This document shows positions 12,565 through 26,900 of a stretch of 50,403 nucleotides of DNA, one piece after another. The stretch is from Girardia tigrina (lineage: Eukaryota), in assembly GCA_001938485.1 (NCBI GenBank), contig MQRK01247043.1, positions 1 through 50,403 on the forward strand, read 5' to 3'. The translations under genes and the position numbers were made by a program. Numbering within the stretch: the stretch's first letter is position 1; every line of letters begins with the position of its first letter. A model generated the notes under the pieces. It did not search any database. It saw nothing but the letters and a program-made list of their open reading frames with translations, and was not told where the DNA came from.

Positions 12565-15133
12565 TCAAAGGTTGGGTTTCTTTCTCGTATTTCTTTCAGT
12601 CGAAAGAACTCTTTCACAGAAATGTAAAGATGAAACAGATAGGTCCCTTTGCCATTCAATGCGATCATTATACGAGAGTTAGTCGTCTAAATTGAAACAT
12701 ACTGTGTGGAGTATGTGTTACCAAAGACGATATTACTTTCAAAAGAACTCTACTGCAGCGCTGAAGGAGAGTTGTCAACTTCAATGGTGGTAATACAATG
12801 GTACACACTCTGACAGATCATAAAGTGTTATTTATAGTCATTGTGAAATTAGTTAGTCATTGCAGAAATTAGTGGACCTTCATTGTCTTATCGACTTATC
12901 TTATTTGTTTTGTATAAGGAATACTCACTAACCTTTTAAAATATTTAGGTATGTTTAATTACAAGACATTCCACTAATCTAAATGACTTGCGCCAATTGA
13001 GAACGTTCTTCAATTGAAGAGTTTCATTGATGTTAAAACACTAAATAGTAAGCTTTTGTCATGAAGAGGTTTATTTAACGAGAAAGGACTAAGGAAAAAA
13101 ACAAGTTACATATGATGAATATACAATGTAAATTTATTCAAATATTTAATTTCAAAAGTAATACATTCAGTTTTTTTCAAAATTTCCCCCAGACTCTCAC
13201 TTTTGCCTTATACTAATGGAATTTTTGTTTCTTGGGGGGTCTAGGGCCCCTCTCGTCTCTATGTTAAAAAAGGTCAATTTTGCAAGTGATTTTAGAGGAT
13301 AAGTTCTATTTAGCAACTATAATGATTGTATTTCATAGACATGAACACTAACAAAATCTTTAGCAGACTTATAACCTTTTCAGTTATTTTACGTGGGAAA
13401 CGTAAAGACAAATTGTAAAGCAAAAATGAAACACGATATGCAATTCTTCTCACGACTGGAAGATCAAATACTTTTATTAATTTTTAGAATTTTTATTTAA
13501 TTTGCATTTATATTATTTAATCAAAAAACTGATGATTCTTCAATTTTCTTGAAATATGTGTAATGGTAATTTTCTTCAAAATTTATCTTTTATAGGTTTT
13601 AATATTATATATATATAATCATATATAAATGAAAAATAATTTAAAATCTTTTAAGAATTTGATTATTTAAAATGTTTCGAAGTTTCATATTTCATCATCA
13701 GGAAATATATTAAATTATTTGAATTTTAATTTTTTAACGTAATATAATATTAAACATAGAATGTAAAAAAGGTAGATATATAATATTTTTTCTCTAGATA
13801 TTATTTTATATTTGATTTTATTTAATTAAAGATTTGAAGAATTGAGGCGGCATTAATTTACCCATTTTAATATGAATGAATATGTTGTAGTGGCTTATCA
13901 ATAATGATTCACAGAACTACCCTTTGTAATGTGAATCCAAGTCTCTCTGTAAAACAGAAAGCTCATTCTTTCAATGAGATTGTCACACCAATTATTATCA
14001 CCGGTATAATAATTTTATATTTAAATATTAAAAATAAAATAATAATAATATATGATAGAATTTCCCAACAAAATATAATTCAGGTTCCGAAAAGGTAGTT
14101 GAATTGCCGGTCACGTGATTCCATCCGGTGATTATGATTGATGTGGCAAGCTCATCGAAAGTCATACAGTATCAGCGATAACTCCTCACGGGAAATGTGA
14201 ATCATTATCTATGTAGAAGGTGCACGCACACGAACAACTCAAAAATCGATGCTTAAATCTGGCGACATAATTGTGACTAATGTAGCATTGTCAATTTCGA
14301 TTTCCTTATTATAAACAGTCTGTCTGCTACTCCTGCTGTCTAAGCAACACAACTATTCCTCTAATCGAAGTAAACTGGCAATCCCCGCCGTATTTAATTT
14401 TCCAACGACTCCTTTCTCTGACAGCTACCAACGATTTCGACTAGATATTGCCACAAAAAGCAATGACTATAACGACGACAAATTCTAGATTTGCAGCTTA
14501 AGACGACTCATGAGACAAGTATCTTATGGAAGACAGCTGCCAATCATCAATCGTGGGTGGTTGACAGCGTTCATTCATCAACGAATAGTCTGCTGTGTTG
14601 ATAAAAACCTGTTGTGTGACATCGACGAACAGAGTTAGCCTCTATAGGGATTGTTTATTTACATGCCCCACCTCAAACAGACATCAGTCATCCTGCTGCC
14701 CAGTCACTGAAAGATTTAACTGTTGTTTGAATAAAGATTATATTTGGATCAGACGAAACAATGTACAATAATCTCGTTTATAGATAGAAATTTAAATAAT
14801 CTATGTTAAAGCCAACTCATTTGATAAACTAAAATTAAACTAAAGTTATGTATGATTTGTATTTGTGAAAAGTGATCTTTATTGAGTTTTCGATGACGAT
14901 TTAAAAAACCTTTATTTAATACTATTTTGTTTTATCATGAATTTATATTATTATTGAAAATAAAATTCATAAGTTTAACCTTTTCGACACCGTAACTAAA
15001 AATTTCTTATATCAAGTAAAAGTTGCACATTTTTTATTTTATAGTACAGCATATTTTTAATATATATATATATATATATATTTCGCATGTAAATGTGAAA
15101 CTGTTTTTGAGGATAATAATAAACATAGCTTAC

Positions 15134-15977
15134 TATCATGAGTTTTCTTGTTGGTACCGGCTGATAGGTCGATAGAACTGTTATCAGCAGAAAGATTATT
15201 TATATTGGTCCCATTGACATTCATAACTGACGAAAACACTGATGGAAATCCCTTAGGTACTTGAAACAGATCATTTGTGAAGGAGAGACTATTTGAAGTA
15301 TTTGTAGCATTGGTATTATCGGTATTTGTTGACATAAGTGACGCACCACTCAGCATTGTATTTGGAGAGCTGCAAGAAAACCCGGAATTACTAGCCGAAA
15401 TTACGGGGCTATTTCCATTGACAGCTGCATAGGCGTTCATCATGTGTTGATGTAATGATGGCAAACCAAACTGCGTATGGAGACTGGACAAAATCGGAGA
15501 TGTTATTAATTGACCAGGATTCAGACCGTTAAACCAGTTAGCTCCATTTAATCTGGGATTTATTGAAGGTACCTTATTTGATATTGGAAAAGGTAAAGAG
15601 AGTCCAACTGAGCAAAAGTTTTCCATATTTGGAGAAAGTTTCTCATCATTCACTGTTGGTTGAGGGCTTGGATTGGCAGATTGTTGCATTATTAAATTAA
15701 AGAGACTACTACGATTCTGAAGAGAATTTGAAATATGATTAAAGGATTTCAATGGGGATTGTGATAAAAATTCAATTGACATAGAGTTATTTCCAGATGA
15801 CGTTCTAACAGCTCTTTGGTCCGTCATCAGGGGATCAACTGTCGATTCTTCATTAGAATTTCCAGAGAGGTAATGTTCTTTATAATCATTCTTCGGGGAA
15901 ATATCATCTTTGTTCTTGTCATCACTGTCATCATTATCCAAGACATTTAATGTTTTGTTAGAATAAGATGAACTTCT
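15134..15977 (-). CDS. Internal coding exon (Ser/Asn/Pro-rich low-complexity region) of a probable zinc-finger transcription factor
   Basis: 844-nt open frame between acceptor TTCTAG (15978-15979, phase 0) and donor GTAAG (15133, phase 1). Composition is transcription-factor-like and includes SIDLS. Linkage to the 45 kb exon is inferred from strand and phase only. I did not find the downstream exon. Confidence 0.8.
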
Positions 15978-18900
15978 CTAGAATTTAAAAGATTTAATAT
16001 TGCGAGTATTTGAAAATTATATTTTAACATTCAAAATATAAAATTATCCAAATTATTTTTTCTAAAATTTTCTATGAAATGCAATTATAAATATATATTC
16101 AAAATTTTTCAATGTCTCATAAAAGTAACTCAAAATAATTTCAGAGCGGTTAAAATGGTAAATACAAATAAATAGTAAAAGTCCTTAAATCAATTAAGAT
16201 ATAAAAACGTATAATTGGCTTCAAAATTTAAATGCTTAAACTTACTTACTTAAACTACTTCTCTTTTTGCTATGTAACGTCTTAGATCACTCTCCCTTAC
16301 TTTCCAGTGTATTAACCAAAAAATCTTATTAAATTTAATGGGATTTTGCAAATATCAAATATTACTGGACAGAAGCAGAACATAACTCATGGTCAATTAA
16401 TTAATTAACAAGATAGGTCTTAACTGAATTGAGAGCACCATTCCCAACTAATATTTCCAAAGATTAGTTACTGGAAATAAACATTAACAAAAATTCAAAA
16501 CATAAACTTCATATTATTTTTAATCCCCAAAGAATGTCAGTAACTTTTCTTTGAAAAATCAATAACATTTCTAATTTTATTTTTATATCCAAAAATTGAA
16601 AGTCAAAAATTGTTCTAATTTTTCAAGAAAGGTTCGTGGGCCAGAAAAAGAGAAAAAACGAATTAATAATTACAATACAGTAGTAGCAAATAATTGACAT
16701 TTTATTGTTTAAATGACTAGAATCAAGAAAAACACGATCATGACCCGATATGGAGAGCAAGAGTGTCAGTCAATTTGTAGCACCCAAGGAAAACAAAACA
16801 CTGACCCAGTAAGAGTGACAGTTGAGAAGCTCTCGCCACAACTGCAACTGTATTCACTCGACTTCCCCCCACGCTTTCATTTTCTTTAGATTATCGATAC
16901 AATTATCGATAAAACCTTGTCTTACACTAGTATAACTCATACTTTATACACATAACATACAAACAGACATGCACACATCTTGATATATATATATATATAC
17001 TCATTTACTAACAATCAAGTAACAGGGGAAACACGATAACTCACACACCCACTGACCGCCAAACTGACACACACACTCCTGCGCCACTGCGAGTGAGTTG
17101 TTCTGCAGTAGGCCTGTGACAATTTTATATCCCATTAGATTTGCAATTGTCAACTAGCAGTATGTTCTGCTCGGCGAGACTCTATGAGAACACATGCCAT
17201 CAAATCGCAGTGCTTATGAGTTACATTAGACTTCGAACAACAACAGAATTAAAAAGAGAAAAAGATTCTTTTATTTCAAAAGCATTCTAAATTAATTTCT
17301 AGATCAATTTATTAAATAGTATAATATTAATAATTTTATTTATTAAAAAAATAATTTTGATCATTTTAATTCACCAAAAAAAATATTTTTTCGTTTTATT
17401 ATAGAAACTATAATCATCCTTTCAACATCCTGAACTCTAGTTGATAATGATGTACCAAAGTAAGAAAAGATTGTAGAAATAATAATAATAATTCCTGTTT
17501 CCATTGGCGTATTGACAAAGATATAATAATTCTCCGTGTGTTATCTTCTGCTGAACATTAGACTGCTGCAGCATCAGCAGCATTATCTATCAGGTAGACG
17601 CAATTCTTTCAGTGACAGGCAGCAGCAGCACTGCAGCTCACTGTAATTAGATGTTTTACTCTAATCAATATTTAATTTTAACAGCATCCTCATCAATTCA
17701 ACCTACAGCTTAGCCATTATTACTGTCTAGAGTGAGACTATTAATTAATTAATTCGACCAACTTAATTGCCATTGCATCCACGTGTCATCGAACTATAGA
17801 TCAATATGGATTATGCATTTATAGATTTTAATTTAATGGCATCTACGTCCAACAGTACTGTTATCCATTGATTTCAAAATTGTATAATAATAGTATTGTA
17901 GAATAGATTAATGTTATCGATTAGGAAAATGAAACTAATACATAGTATTTAATTTATGTTTTAATTGATTTTGCTTAAATAATATTTCAAGGCAGTCAGG
18001 CAATAATAAATACTATGAATAAATAAGACTTGATAAAAAAATGCATGAGTTTTGGAAACATTGAAACATCTCTTTTCAATTTTATTGATAATAGAAATAA
18101 AATTTAATTAAATATCACTATAATTGATTATTTAAATAATAGATTAACGCTTATTGATTATATATATTTTTACTTAAAATGACTGCAAAATATTTTTCTA
18201 TTATATAAATTAGTTTAAAATAAATTGTCACTTATTATACAAAAAAAATAATTGTGCAAAAATTTTACATAATTTACAAAAATACATTTTTATATTCAAT
18301 CCCCTAAAAATTGGTTAGAAATAATCAACAATTACTTTACAAAAGATTTTTTATATATCTTATTTTATATTTTATATATCTTAGAAATAAAAAATAACAC
18401 GATAAAAAATTAAAAGAATTTTAATTCAATGTAGCAACAAATAATAAAAAAAAACTTTCCTCAAAAACAACTCGGAAAACACTTTTATCAAATACAATTT
18501 CTAATTGTAAAATCGATCAAAATGTCACTTGTAAATTCTTCATTCTGTTCAAACTCAAACATTAGTTGACGCTTTAATCGATTTTGTGAATTTTCAAATT
18601 TCCTTCATTGAGCGTCATTTAAAATAGATAATTATTAAATATAATGATTCTTTTTACATAATTATTTCACGAATTCCTAAAAGGGTATACATTTTGCAAA
18701 TATTTAGTCTTAGTAGTTCCTTTTCAGAATAGGACATTCTTAGTTTTCCTTCATTTAAATTAATCGAATAAGATGCATTTAGATACGGCTATCTTTTTTC
18801 TAATTTTCTTTTTAAAAACATTTACAAATCGTTCACTTTTATGAGATTTTTTCTGTAATCAGGATGCTATCAGCGATTTATTGTCTCGATCAATAATATT

Positions 18901-20083
18901 AAATCCTTGTACTTAAATTTAATTATAATCAATAAATTTTGAACAAAGGCTTCTAATGAAAAAATCAATTTGTTTAATCAGTTAATTATTTTTTTTTTAA
19001 TTCAAGGTCGCTCAATGGATATTTAGTTTTAATTAGATATGCACTGATCTCTTATTAATTGATAAGAATGTGTTTTTGATAAATATTTTTACAGGTGTCG
19101 ATAAATTATCAAATTAAAACACAACATTTTGTATTTTGTAACTTTAAGATTTGAAAGAAATCTTTCGAATCTAAACTTAACACAAAATATATTTTATTCA
19201 TTTTTTGCTTTGTGATCCCATGAAATAGTACTTTATGAGCAAATAATATTTATTATATATATTTTTAAAGTTTTTTTAAGAAATTGATTATTGTACTTGT
19301 TTCTGAAATTCTTTGTCCATAAGCAATTATTTTTTTTAGTTATAATGTTACTTTTTTATAAAGTTATTTAAAAAGATAACATTTATTTATTTATTTATCT
19401 TAATTTAAGATAATATCTTAATGTCTACAGCTGCTATAACCAAATAAATGATATATTTGGAATCATAGTCAAATATATAACCAGAATCATTTAAAAATGA
19501 CAACAAAACAACTTTTTGTTATTTGCAGTATTATAATTTATTATTTGAATCCTAATATGAATTAGAGATTTTCTTTCGATAGATTTGTATTGTTTGAGTT
19601 ATTTTTCCTAATGAACAAAGTGATACTATTAATTTTTATTTTTGTTGATATTTTGAGCACGCTTTTTCCATTTTATTCAATAAGTACATGGTAAAGCTTT
19701 TTATTAATACCCTCAAAAACTTATTTTTAAAAGGTATGGTAAAATATTGGAAAAGATACAAGTCGCTTTGTTCAATATCAGGATTGTAGAGTGAGGAACT
19801 GAAACCTACATCCTTTGATAACTGTCAATGTTTGACCACTTTTGTAAACTGGTAAACTCATTTTAGCGTATTCATTTTTACCCCAGGTCACTGTATAAGG
19901 AGTCATGAGAAAAATCAATTTCAACATAATTCGTACAGATGATCCCGCTATACTTCCAGAAAACCATAAGAATCATCGACTTTTACTGTTGGTCACAGAT
20001 CACACCTTACGAAAATTTCTACCTATGGGAGGATTTCAACTCAAAATATACCATTTTCTGTTCAATTTGAACATTTTTGTTTT

Positions 20084-20222
20084 TCAAATTGAACATTTTA
20101 CCAATGAATCGCAACATTTTATTTTTCAAATTGAACATTTTACCAATGAATCGCAACATTTTATTATTCAAGTTGAACATTTTACCAATGAATCGCAACA
20201 TTTTATTATTCAAATTGAACAT
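20084..20222. repeat. 42-bp tandem repeat (~3.3 copies) in the left subterminal region of the Tc1-like element
   Basis: The unit TCAAATTGAACATTTTACCAATGAATCGCAACATTTTATT(T/A)TT is repeated, and one inverted copy lies at ~21493-21532. Confidence 0.9.
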
Positions 20223-20292
20223 GTATAAACTAAAAAAAACAAGATATGATAATAGTTTATTAATATATTAACAACTCGTAATAACAACTTGT

Positions 20293-21381
20293 TTAATGAT
20301 GAACATATGTCCATTCAGCTGCGCAGTTTATAATATTTTGAAGAATGTTCTTAAAATATCCCGCGCTATCTGGTTCCGTGATGTTATGCGTTTCAGATAA
20401 CATCAGTTCAGACAACAATAATCCATTAGTCCCCAATCTTAATTTTGATCTTGCACCATTCTTAATTTTTGAAAAAGCATTTTCAATATGGTTAAGCATA
20501 TAAGAATAAGGTGAAAGGAATTTAAATTCAAAATTAAATTCTGAAATTATTCTTTCAATTTCTTTTTTATGTATTCTGGCGTTATCCATTTTTAAACAAG
20601 CTTTTTGCATATGAAGAACATCTCTCAAATAGCAACATAGTTCAGTAATATATTCAGTAAAAATATTAGCATTGACGGTAGAGTTAGCAATTGTTTTGCA
20701 AAAGCCCATTCCGTTGATTATCATACTTGCAATTAAAGAAATTGATCTACCTCTTACTGTTGGTGTTGATACTATAGCACGAGTTCCTTGTTTCGATCTC
20801 GTATGAGATCTTTTCAAATGTAAATTAAAAGATGATTAATCGATAAATGTCTCCCCTGAAAAATCATTGTTGAAATGGTTGTTAAACCACAGCGCATATT
20901 CCTTTCTCAAAATGATTTTTTCGGTCGAATTAACTCTATCCAGCTCTCTATGGGAAAGTTTCATAGTTATTTTTAGCTCTTCTAGGCATCTATTAATGCT
21001 AGAAATTGATATCGAAATTTTCGGATCAGCTGCTTGATCAAGCATTTCTTTAATTTCTTTGACTGTAAACTGTGGATTAAATGTAACGATCTCCTCAATT
21101 TTGTTTATATTAGGCACTGTGAGAACTGTTCTTATTGAACCACCTTTTGCTTTGATGTTAAAAATATTGTGCTTGTTATATTTATTGACTATTACTCTTG
21201 CTGAATTATAGTTAATTTGAACGATCTCTGATGCTTCTAATATACTCTATCCTTGTTCACAGACGAGTCTAATTAAGCTTTGACGTTTTTCATTTGATAT
21301 TTTAGCATATGAAACTCTTGTTGGGGTTTGATTTGCAGGATTAACTGTCAAGGCAGTATTGTTCGAATTATTTGAATCCAT
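20293..21381 (-). pseudogene. Tc1/IS630-like transposase pseudogene
   Basis: One frame from ATG 21381 (MDSNNSNN...YAKISNEKRQSLIRLV) with two in-frame stops (~21248 and 20836, FID*SSFN). Catalytic motifs MDNARIH and LSPYSYMLNHIE, with 33 residues between the second D and the E. Confidence 0.88.
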
Positions 21382-23256
21382 TTTGATTTTTGAAAAAAGC
21401 GTGAAATTTCTTTTTTATATCTCTATATTTAATATTAACCCTAACTTATTTATTAGGTTAGTTATTAGTTAAAATTTTTGATTTAAATTTTTGAACAAAA
21501 TGTTGCGATTCATTGGTAAAATGTTCAATTTGACCGGAAAATGGTATATTTGCTGTTTGATTCCGGAATTCAGATATTGGAATTTCATCCACGATAGCAA
21601 TATTGTTGAAGACATTTTCTTTCTAATCCTACAAATTACGAGTAAAATTGAAGGTAATTTTCATACATTTTAGTTGAAAGAAATTTTTGGACATGTGGAA
21701 GCTAATTCTTAATTTTCAAAATCATACAGCATGTTATTCATGCTTAATATTCATAAAAGTCTTTGTGATAGTTCTGATAGCGATTCGACATCCAGTAAAC
21801 ATTAATTAACTATATTTCTTGAAATGTTTAATTAATTCGTGAATTGTGGTAAGTAAACGTAAAATTAGAAACCTTGTCACCCTTCGTTACATTACATTAA
21901 ATAAAATGAGCAATGTCTTACAGGCTTAAAGATTATTACAAAACAAATTATAAAATATAAAATGAGTATCAAATTTGGTTTCTTTCTATCATTCATGACT
22001 GCAATATCAAACGTTTTTCATTAATAATTATGGTTAATTAATATTTTAAATTAAAAAGAGACCACTTAGACCAAATAACAATAAATAACGGTTCAAATTA
22101 GAATAATAAAAGAAAGAAAAAAAAGGTTCACTTTATCTATCATTATTTATGATATTTATCACGATTTATATTCATTCACTCAGTTTGTCTGTTTAGTAAT
22201 AATATTTTCGCCATCATTTCTCCAAATTTACATTATTGGAAAGAGCTGAAATTTTGAAAATTTATTCATTCCCAATGACGTGTCAATATTTTATCAAATA
22301 TTTTCATTAATTAATGAATTAATTAATCAAAATAATTGAAAAACACAAAATCAACAGAAATAAAATCAACAATCAGTAGGAAAACTTTAGTTAAAATAAT
22401 AATAAATCAATGTATGATAATTATTCGTATCAAAATACAAACTCCTAAAATATAAGCATGGTTTTTAAAAAAATATATTTTATATATTTAATTCATTTGT
22501 TTATCATTTTTGCTTTCTATTCTGACATTTATTAGTTTGATACTTATTTAATGTATCATGTATGATTATTTTTTAATAAATGGAGTTCCTTGATAAACAT
22601 TTCATTCATTTCGGGTTTCCGGAGGAATTCGTTTCAAATAGTTAATTCATAAAAATATAATTATTATTTAAAAATTCATTGATATATTAATATATGCTGT
22701 AAATATTAAAGAATGTTTATTTAAATTCAAATAAATACATCTATGACAAATAAAAAGACTTTAATAAATCTTTAGTTACTTATCATATAAAAATATTAAA
22801 TTAAACTTAGTGAAACATGATTTTATGATGAACGTAATCGAAAATTTAACAAAATCAAACATCAAAAGTAATTGAACTGTAAGAGATAATTAAGGGCCCC
22901 AATTTAAAAATGCAAGTCAGCTGAAAGAAAATTAGAAATTTTCTTTTTTCTAATGTAAGCTAACTCATACCTGAAAGAAAGCAGCTTGTGAATAAAAAAG
23001 TGTCAATCAACGAAACAAGACAAATTTCATTGTCTATAGCTCGATTGAATGCAGCTGTATCAATTGAATTACAAGCTCCCATTTCTTCTGTCACTGCTGA
23101 CACATAACAGAATGCTATTATTATTTTGTCAATCAAATTTTCCATGAATTGACACTCGTGATATTATCGGTTACATTTCCATTCAGTAAACGACTACTGA
23201 TTATGGGAATCTGACTCACGGAATCTATTTTAATCGCCATTTTTCAATTTAATTTA

Positions 23257-23259
<3 letters not shown>

Positions 23260-23298
<39 letters not shown>
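23260..23298. repeat. (TA)n microsatellite
   Basis: Pure TA run. Confidence 0.95.
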
Positions 23299-23300
<2 letters not shown>

Positions 23301-23782
23301 CAAATAAATATCATGTACATCATTTAATAATTATTTACTATTATTTGCTGTACCAAAATTAGTTTTAAAAAATATTATTTTAATATAAATGTAAATTAAT
23401 TTTCAAATTACAAAAGCAATACATCCAGCATACGTGGCAAATATTTTATTCCATGAAATATTTTTATTATTTATATCCATGCGGAATTTCTAGTATTATA
23501 ATATAGATCTTAAATGACAAACAATAATTGACAAGCTAAAATACCATGTAAAATGTGTTGTCATTAAATTATTTATTTATGCTCAATGATTAAATTAATT
23601 TATTGAGTAAAAAGATTCCGTATTGGAGTTACAATTACCGTATTGTCAGTTACAGAATTAATTAATAATTATTAAAGTTTGTGAGATAAAACTCACTAGT
23701 CAACCTTTAAAATTACATTTCAAAATTATCAAATAGCTGATATGAGTTAATTATAAAACTATTATTTTTATGTAAATACATA

Positions 23783-23785
<3 letters not shown>

Positions 23786-23839
<54 letters not shown>

Positions 23840-23912
23840 NNNNNNNNNNNNNNNNNNNNNNNNNNNNNNNNNNNNNNNNNNNNNNNNNNNNNNATATATA
23901 TATATATATATA
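23786..23912. repeat. (TA)n microsatellite spanning an assembly gap
   Basis: TA runs on both sides of N 23840-23893. Confidence 0.95.
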
Positions 23913-26900
23913 AATTTTATATATATAAATTTTATCTAGAACATATTTATCTTAATCTCAATTATCGTCTTACTTGAATAATACGATAATTAAATAGGCA
24001 CTCAAAGAAGGAATATTCATAAGAACCTGTTTTATCATTAAAGGCTACAGAGATGTTTAATATTGGAAGGCAATGTCTTTTACAAGAAGCATTTAAAACA
24101 TTGTAAAACATTCATCATTCTTCACTTCTGAAAAAGAAAAAAAAGTAATGTTTCCAAAAAATCATTTTGTATAAATAAACTCTTTTTGTATTTGATTTCC
24201 TTTTCCAATATTACTTAGTTTATCATTATAACATTAAATAACATTTGATTTTTAAAATTCTTGTATTTTCATTGTCTACAATTAAGTTTGTGCATTTTCA
24301 GTACTTATGTTGTAATCGTATAAGATACTATAAAATAAAAAACAATAACATTTTTGAGCATGTATGAAACAAATATGGAGTCATTAAAAAATGTTAGAGG
24401 ATCATACCATTGTCTGCATATAGATTATCAAATTCAAAACTCCTAAACAAGAATAACATCCGCAAATGTCATCTTCAATATCTGATGATTTTTAGGGGCA
24501 TGATATTTTATGAATTTATAGAAAAAGTATGTCAAAAATTCTAAGCGTTATTATTCTTAAGTAGATAAGATTCATAATATATTTAAAGTTGTTAATGGAT
24601 CTCAGATTAACATAATTTACCAATAATTTTTCAAGAGAATGTTAAGATTTTTCCAGCTCTAAAACTTTAAAAAGTGTTATCAAATGAAGAAAAGGCATTT
24701 GAAATTTAAGAGACAATTAATATTATATTAATTTGTAATTTTTGATTTATTTTCTTTCTTTATTTAACATTAAAAACATTTAGAATGTATTATACAACTT
24801 AATAAGCGCATATGTATATTAAGTAAATAATTAAAATAAATGTTTAAAACATTTTTTTGGATAACATAGGTATAAATCATTTTTATGTTTTCTTTTATAA
24901 ATTGCAAATAATTTCAAATTAAACATTGTGTACAGAGAATATATATAAAAATTTTATCTAGAACATATTTATCTTAATATCAATTATCGCATTACTTGAA
25001 TAACTCTTTAAAAATCCTTAAAATAATTAGTTCTAAATAAATATTTTTAATATATATTTACATATTTTATGCTCGAGGATGGTCATAATCAAAAGTCAGA
25101 AAGACATTACCGATCTAAACACTTCTCTATATGAGTTTATTTCATTATAAACGATCTGAGATGCTTTTTCGTAAAATCAGCAAAAGAAAATTATATTAAA
25201 ATACAGTGAACTAAATTATTAAATTTTAAAAAATGAAATAAATTAAATGTTGTAAAATAAATTGTGAAAACAGCAAACATATTATATGAGCAAAATAATT
25301 TTAAAAAACTAATGTAATATTTTCGAAATATTTCTTTTAAAAAATTGTAGACATTATAAAAATAAAAATACAAAAATTTTGACTTAAATAATATCGGAAT
25401 GGTATAAATACATACTTTTTTTATTTAAGTGTAAACTTTAAATCTAAAATTGATAAAAAATAGAGATTGTATTTAATAAAATATGAAAAATGAGCATACA
25501 CTACCAATTTTTTTTAAAGAAAAAAGGAAAACTATTGATATATTAATTTACTTATTATTACTCCAAGCCTTTGTAAGCTATTTAAAAATTTCGAGATTTT
25601 GTTATTTTAATTACTAATTTATACCGAAAATTCAAAAACAACTTATTTAGCTTTAATGTATTCTTATTAATTCTATTTTAGGTAAATTACCTTAATTCTT
25701 AAAGTTACATTAAAATAAGAAAAACGTTTTCAATACATAACTATAGGTAAATAAGTTTTTCAAGTAATTTGTAAATGGTTTTAAAATCATTATTTACATA
25801 TTTACTTCTTTCTGTAATCTATTTTTTTCAAATTTTCATCATATTGGCTGTGTTTTTTTTAAATATAGCTACTTTTAAAGTAAAGTCAAATGTGTAAACT
25901 TTTAAAACAGTTCATTTAATAATTCTTTCAAATTAAAATTTTATTTAGCAAAAAATCTTTACAACATTAATGTTAAATATATTCTGACAAAAATGCTTCT
26001 CATAATGGTTTCGTTTTATTCTTGACTTGTCCACAAACATTAATCGGTATTTTCGCTTTAAAATTTCCTTTTATTCTTCTCGTCTGTTAAAATGAAATCC
26101 AAAATTAAGTCCGTATATATCCATCCATCATTTCAGTATTCAGAGAACTCCAAGTCATTATAAATACTATTTCGAAACAATTGAATCCCTAATTTTCTTA
26201 AAATTTCATATTACAAAATTGAGCGCAAAGTGAAAAAATTGTTTCAAAATTTATTAATCAGTTCATTTATTTTTTAAGCAATTCAACGAATAAATTTAAT
26301 ACTGTTTTCCGCTTACTATCTTATTTAAATTGTGATTTTGTTGTTTTTGTCGATTCACAAATAAAAAAACTTAATTTTATTTAGGGAAAATGTTGTTTCA
26401 ATGGAAAATAAGTGTTGAAAATAATCATCTTGTTGCTAAAAAACAAAAATCAACCAATATTCATTAAATCATTTTGTCAAATATGTACCAGAGTAAACTT
26501 TTTTTAGAACTTTTATATCATCTTATTTCTTATATAATCTTGTGGCTAGAATTTACGTTAGTGTAGGCTCTCGTAATGTATGGATTTAATGTCAAGTAAA
26601 CAGCGATTATTAACAAACCTAGTACCATACACAATATTTTTGTATTTATTTTTACATTGGTTTCTATTTAATAAAAATATAATTATTGGGCTTTACTGAA
26701 GTTATACAGTCAGTTTGTTGATAAGTGTAAAATTATTTGAATATAGCTGGTCGACTTGGTACAAGTAATGTCAAATTAGTTGATGTATTACTTCACTGTT
26801 ACAACGATTATATGTACATAAAACTTTCTTGTGGAGCAAGGGTCGACTTTTCATTTTATCGGGTAAATAAAACAGTTAAATGACTGTTTTGCTATCGTGA

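Larger units (their letters stand above)
20047..21548 (-). mobile_element. Tc1/IS630-type DDE transposon, near full length
   Basis: TIRs TATACCATTTTC(T/C)G(T/G)TCAA(T/A)TTGAACATTT at both ends in a TA context, enclosing a single transposase frame. Confidence 0.92.

Noticed and set aside
19775-19842. tRNA/SINE-like stretch on the minus strand (AGTGGT...GGTTTCAGTTCC)
   Set aside because: The A and B boxes are too degenerate, I could not fold a cloverleaf, and there is no second copy in the window.
19905-20271. Repetitive ORFs (QIEHFTNESQHF) and a CRISPR-like periodicity
   Set aside because: These are translations of the 42-bp transposon subterminal tandem repeat, with no unique spacers.
23420-23495. 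Helitron-like 3' end (…CTAGT)
   Set aside because: No convincing subterminal hairpin.
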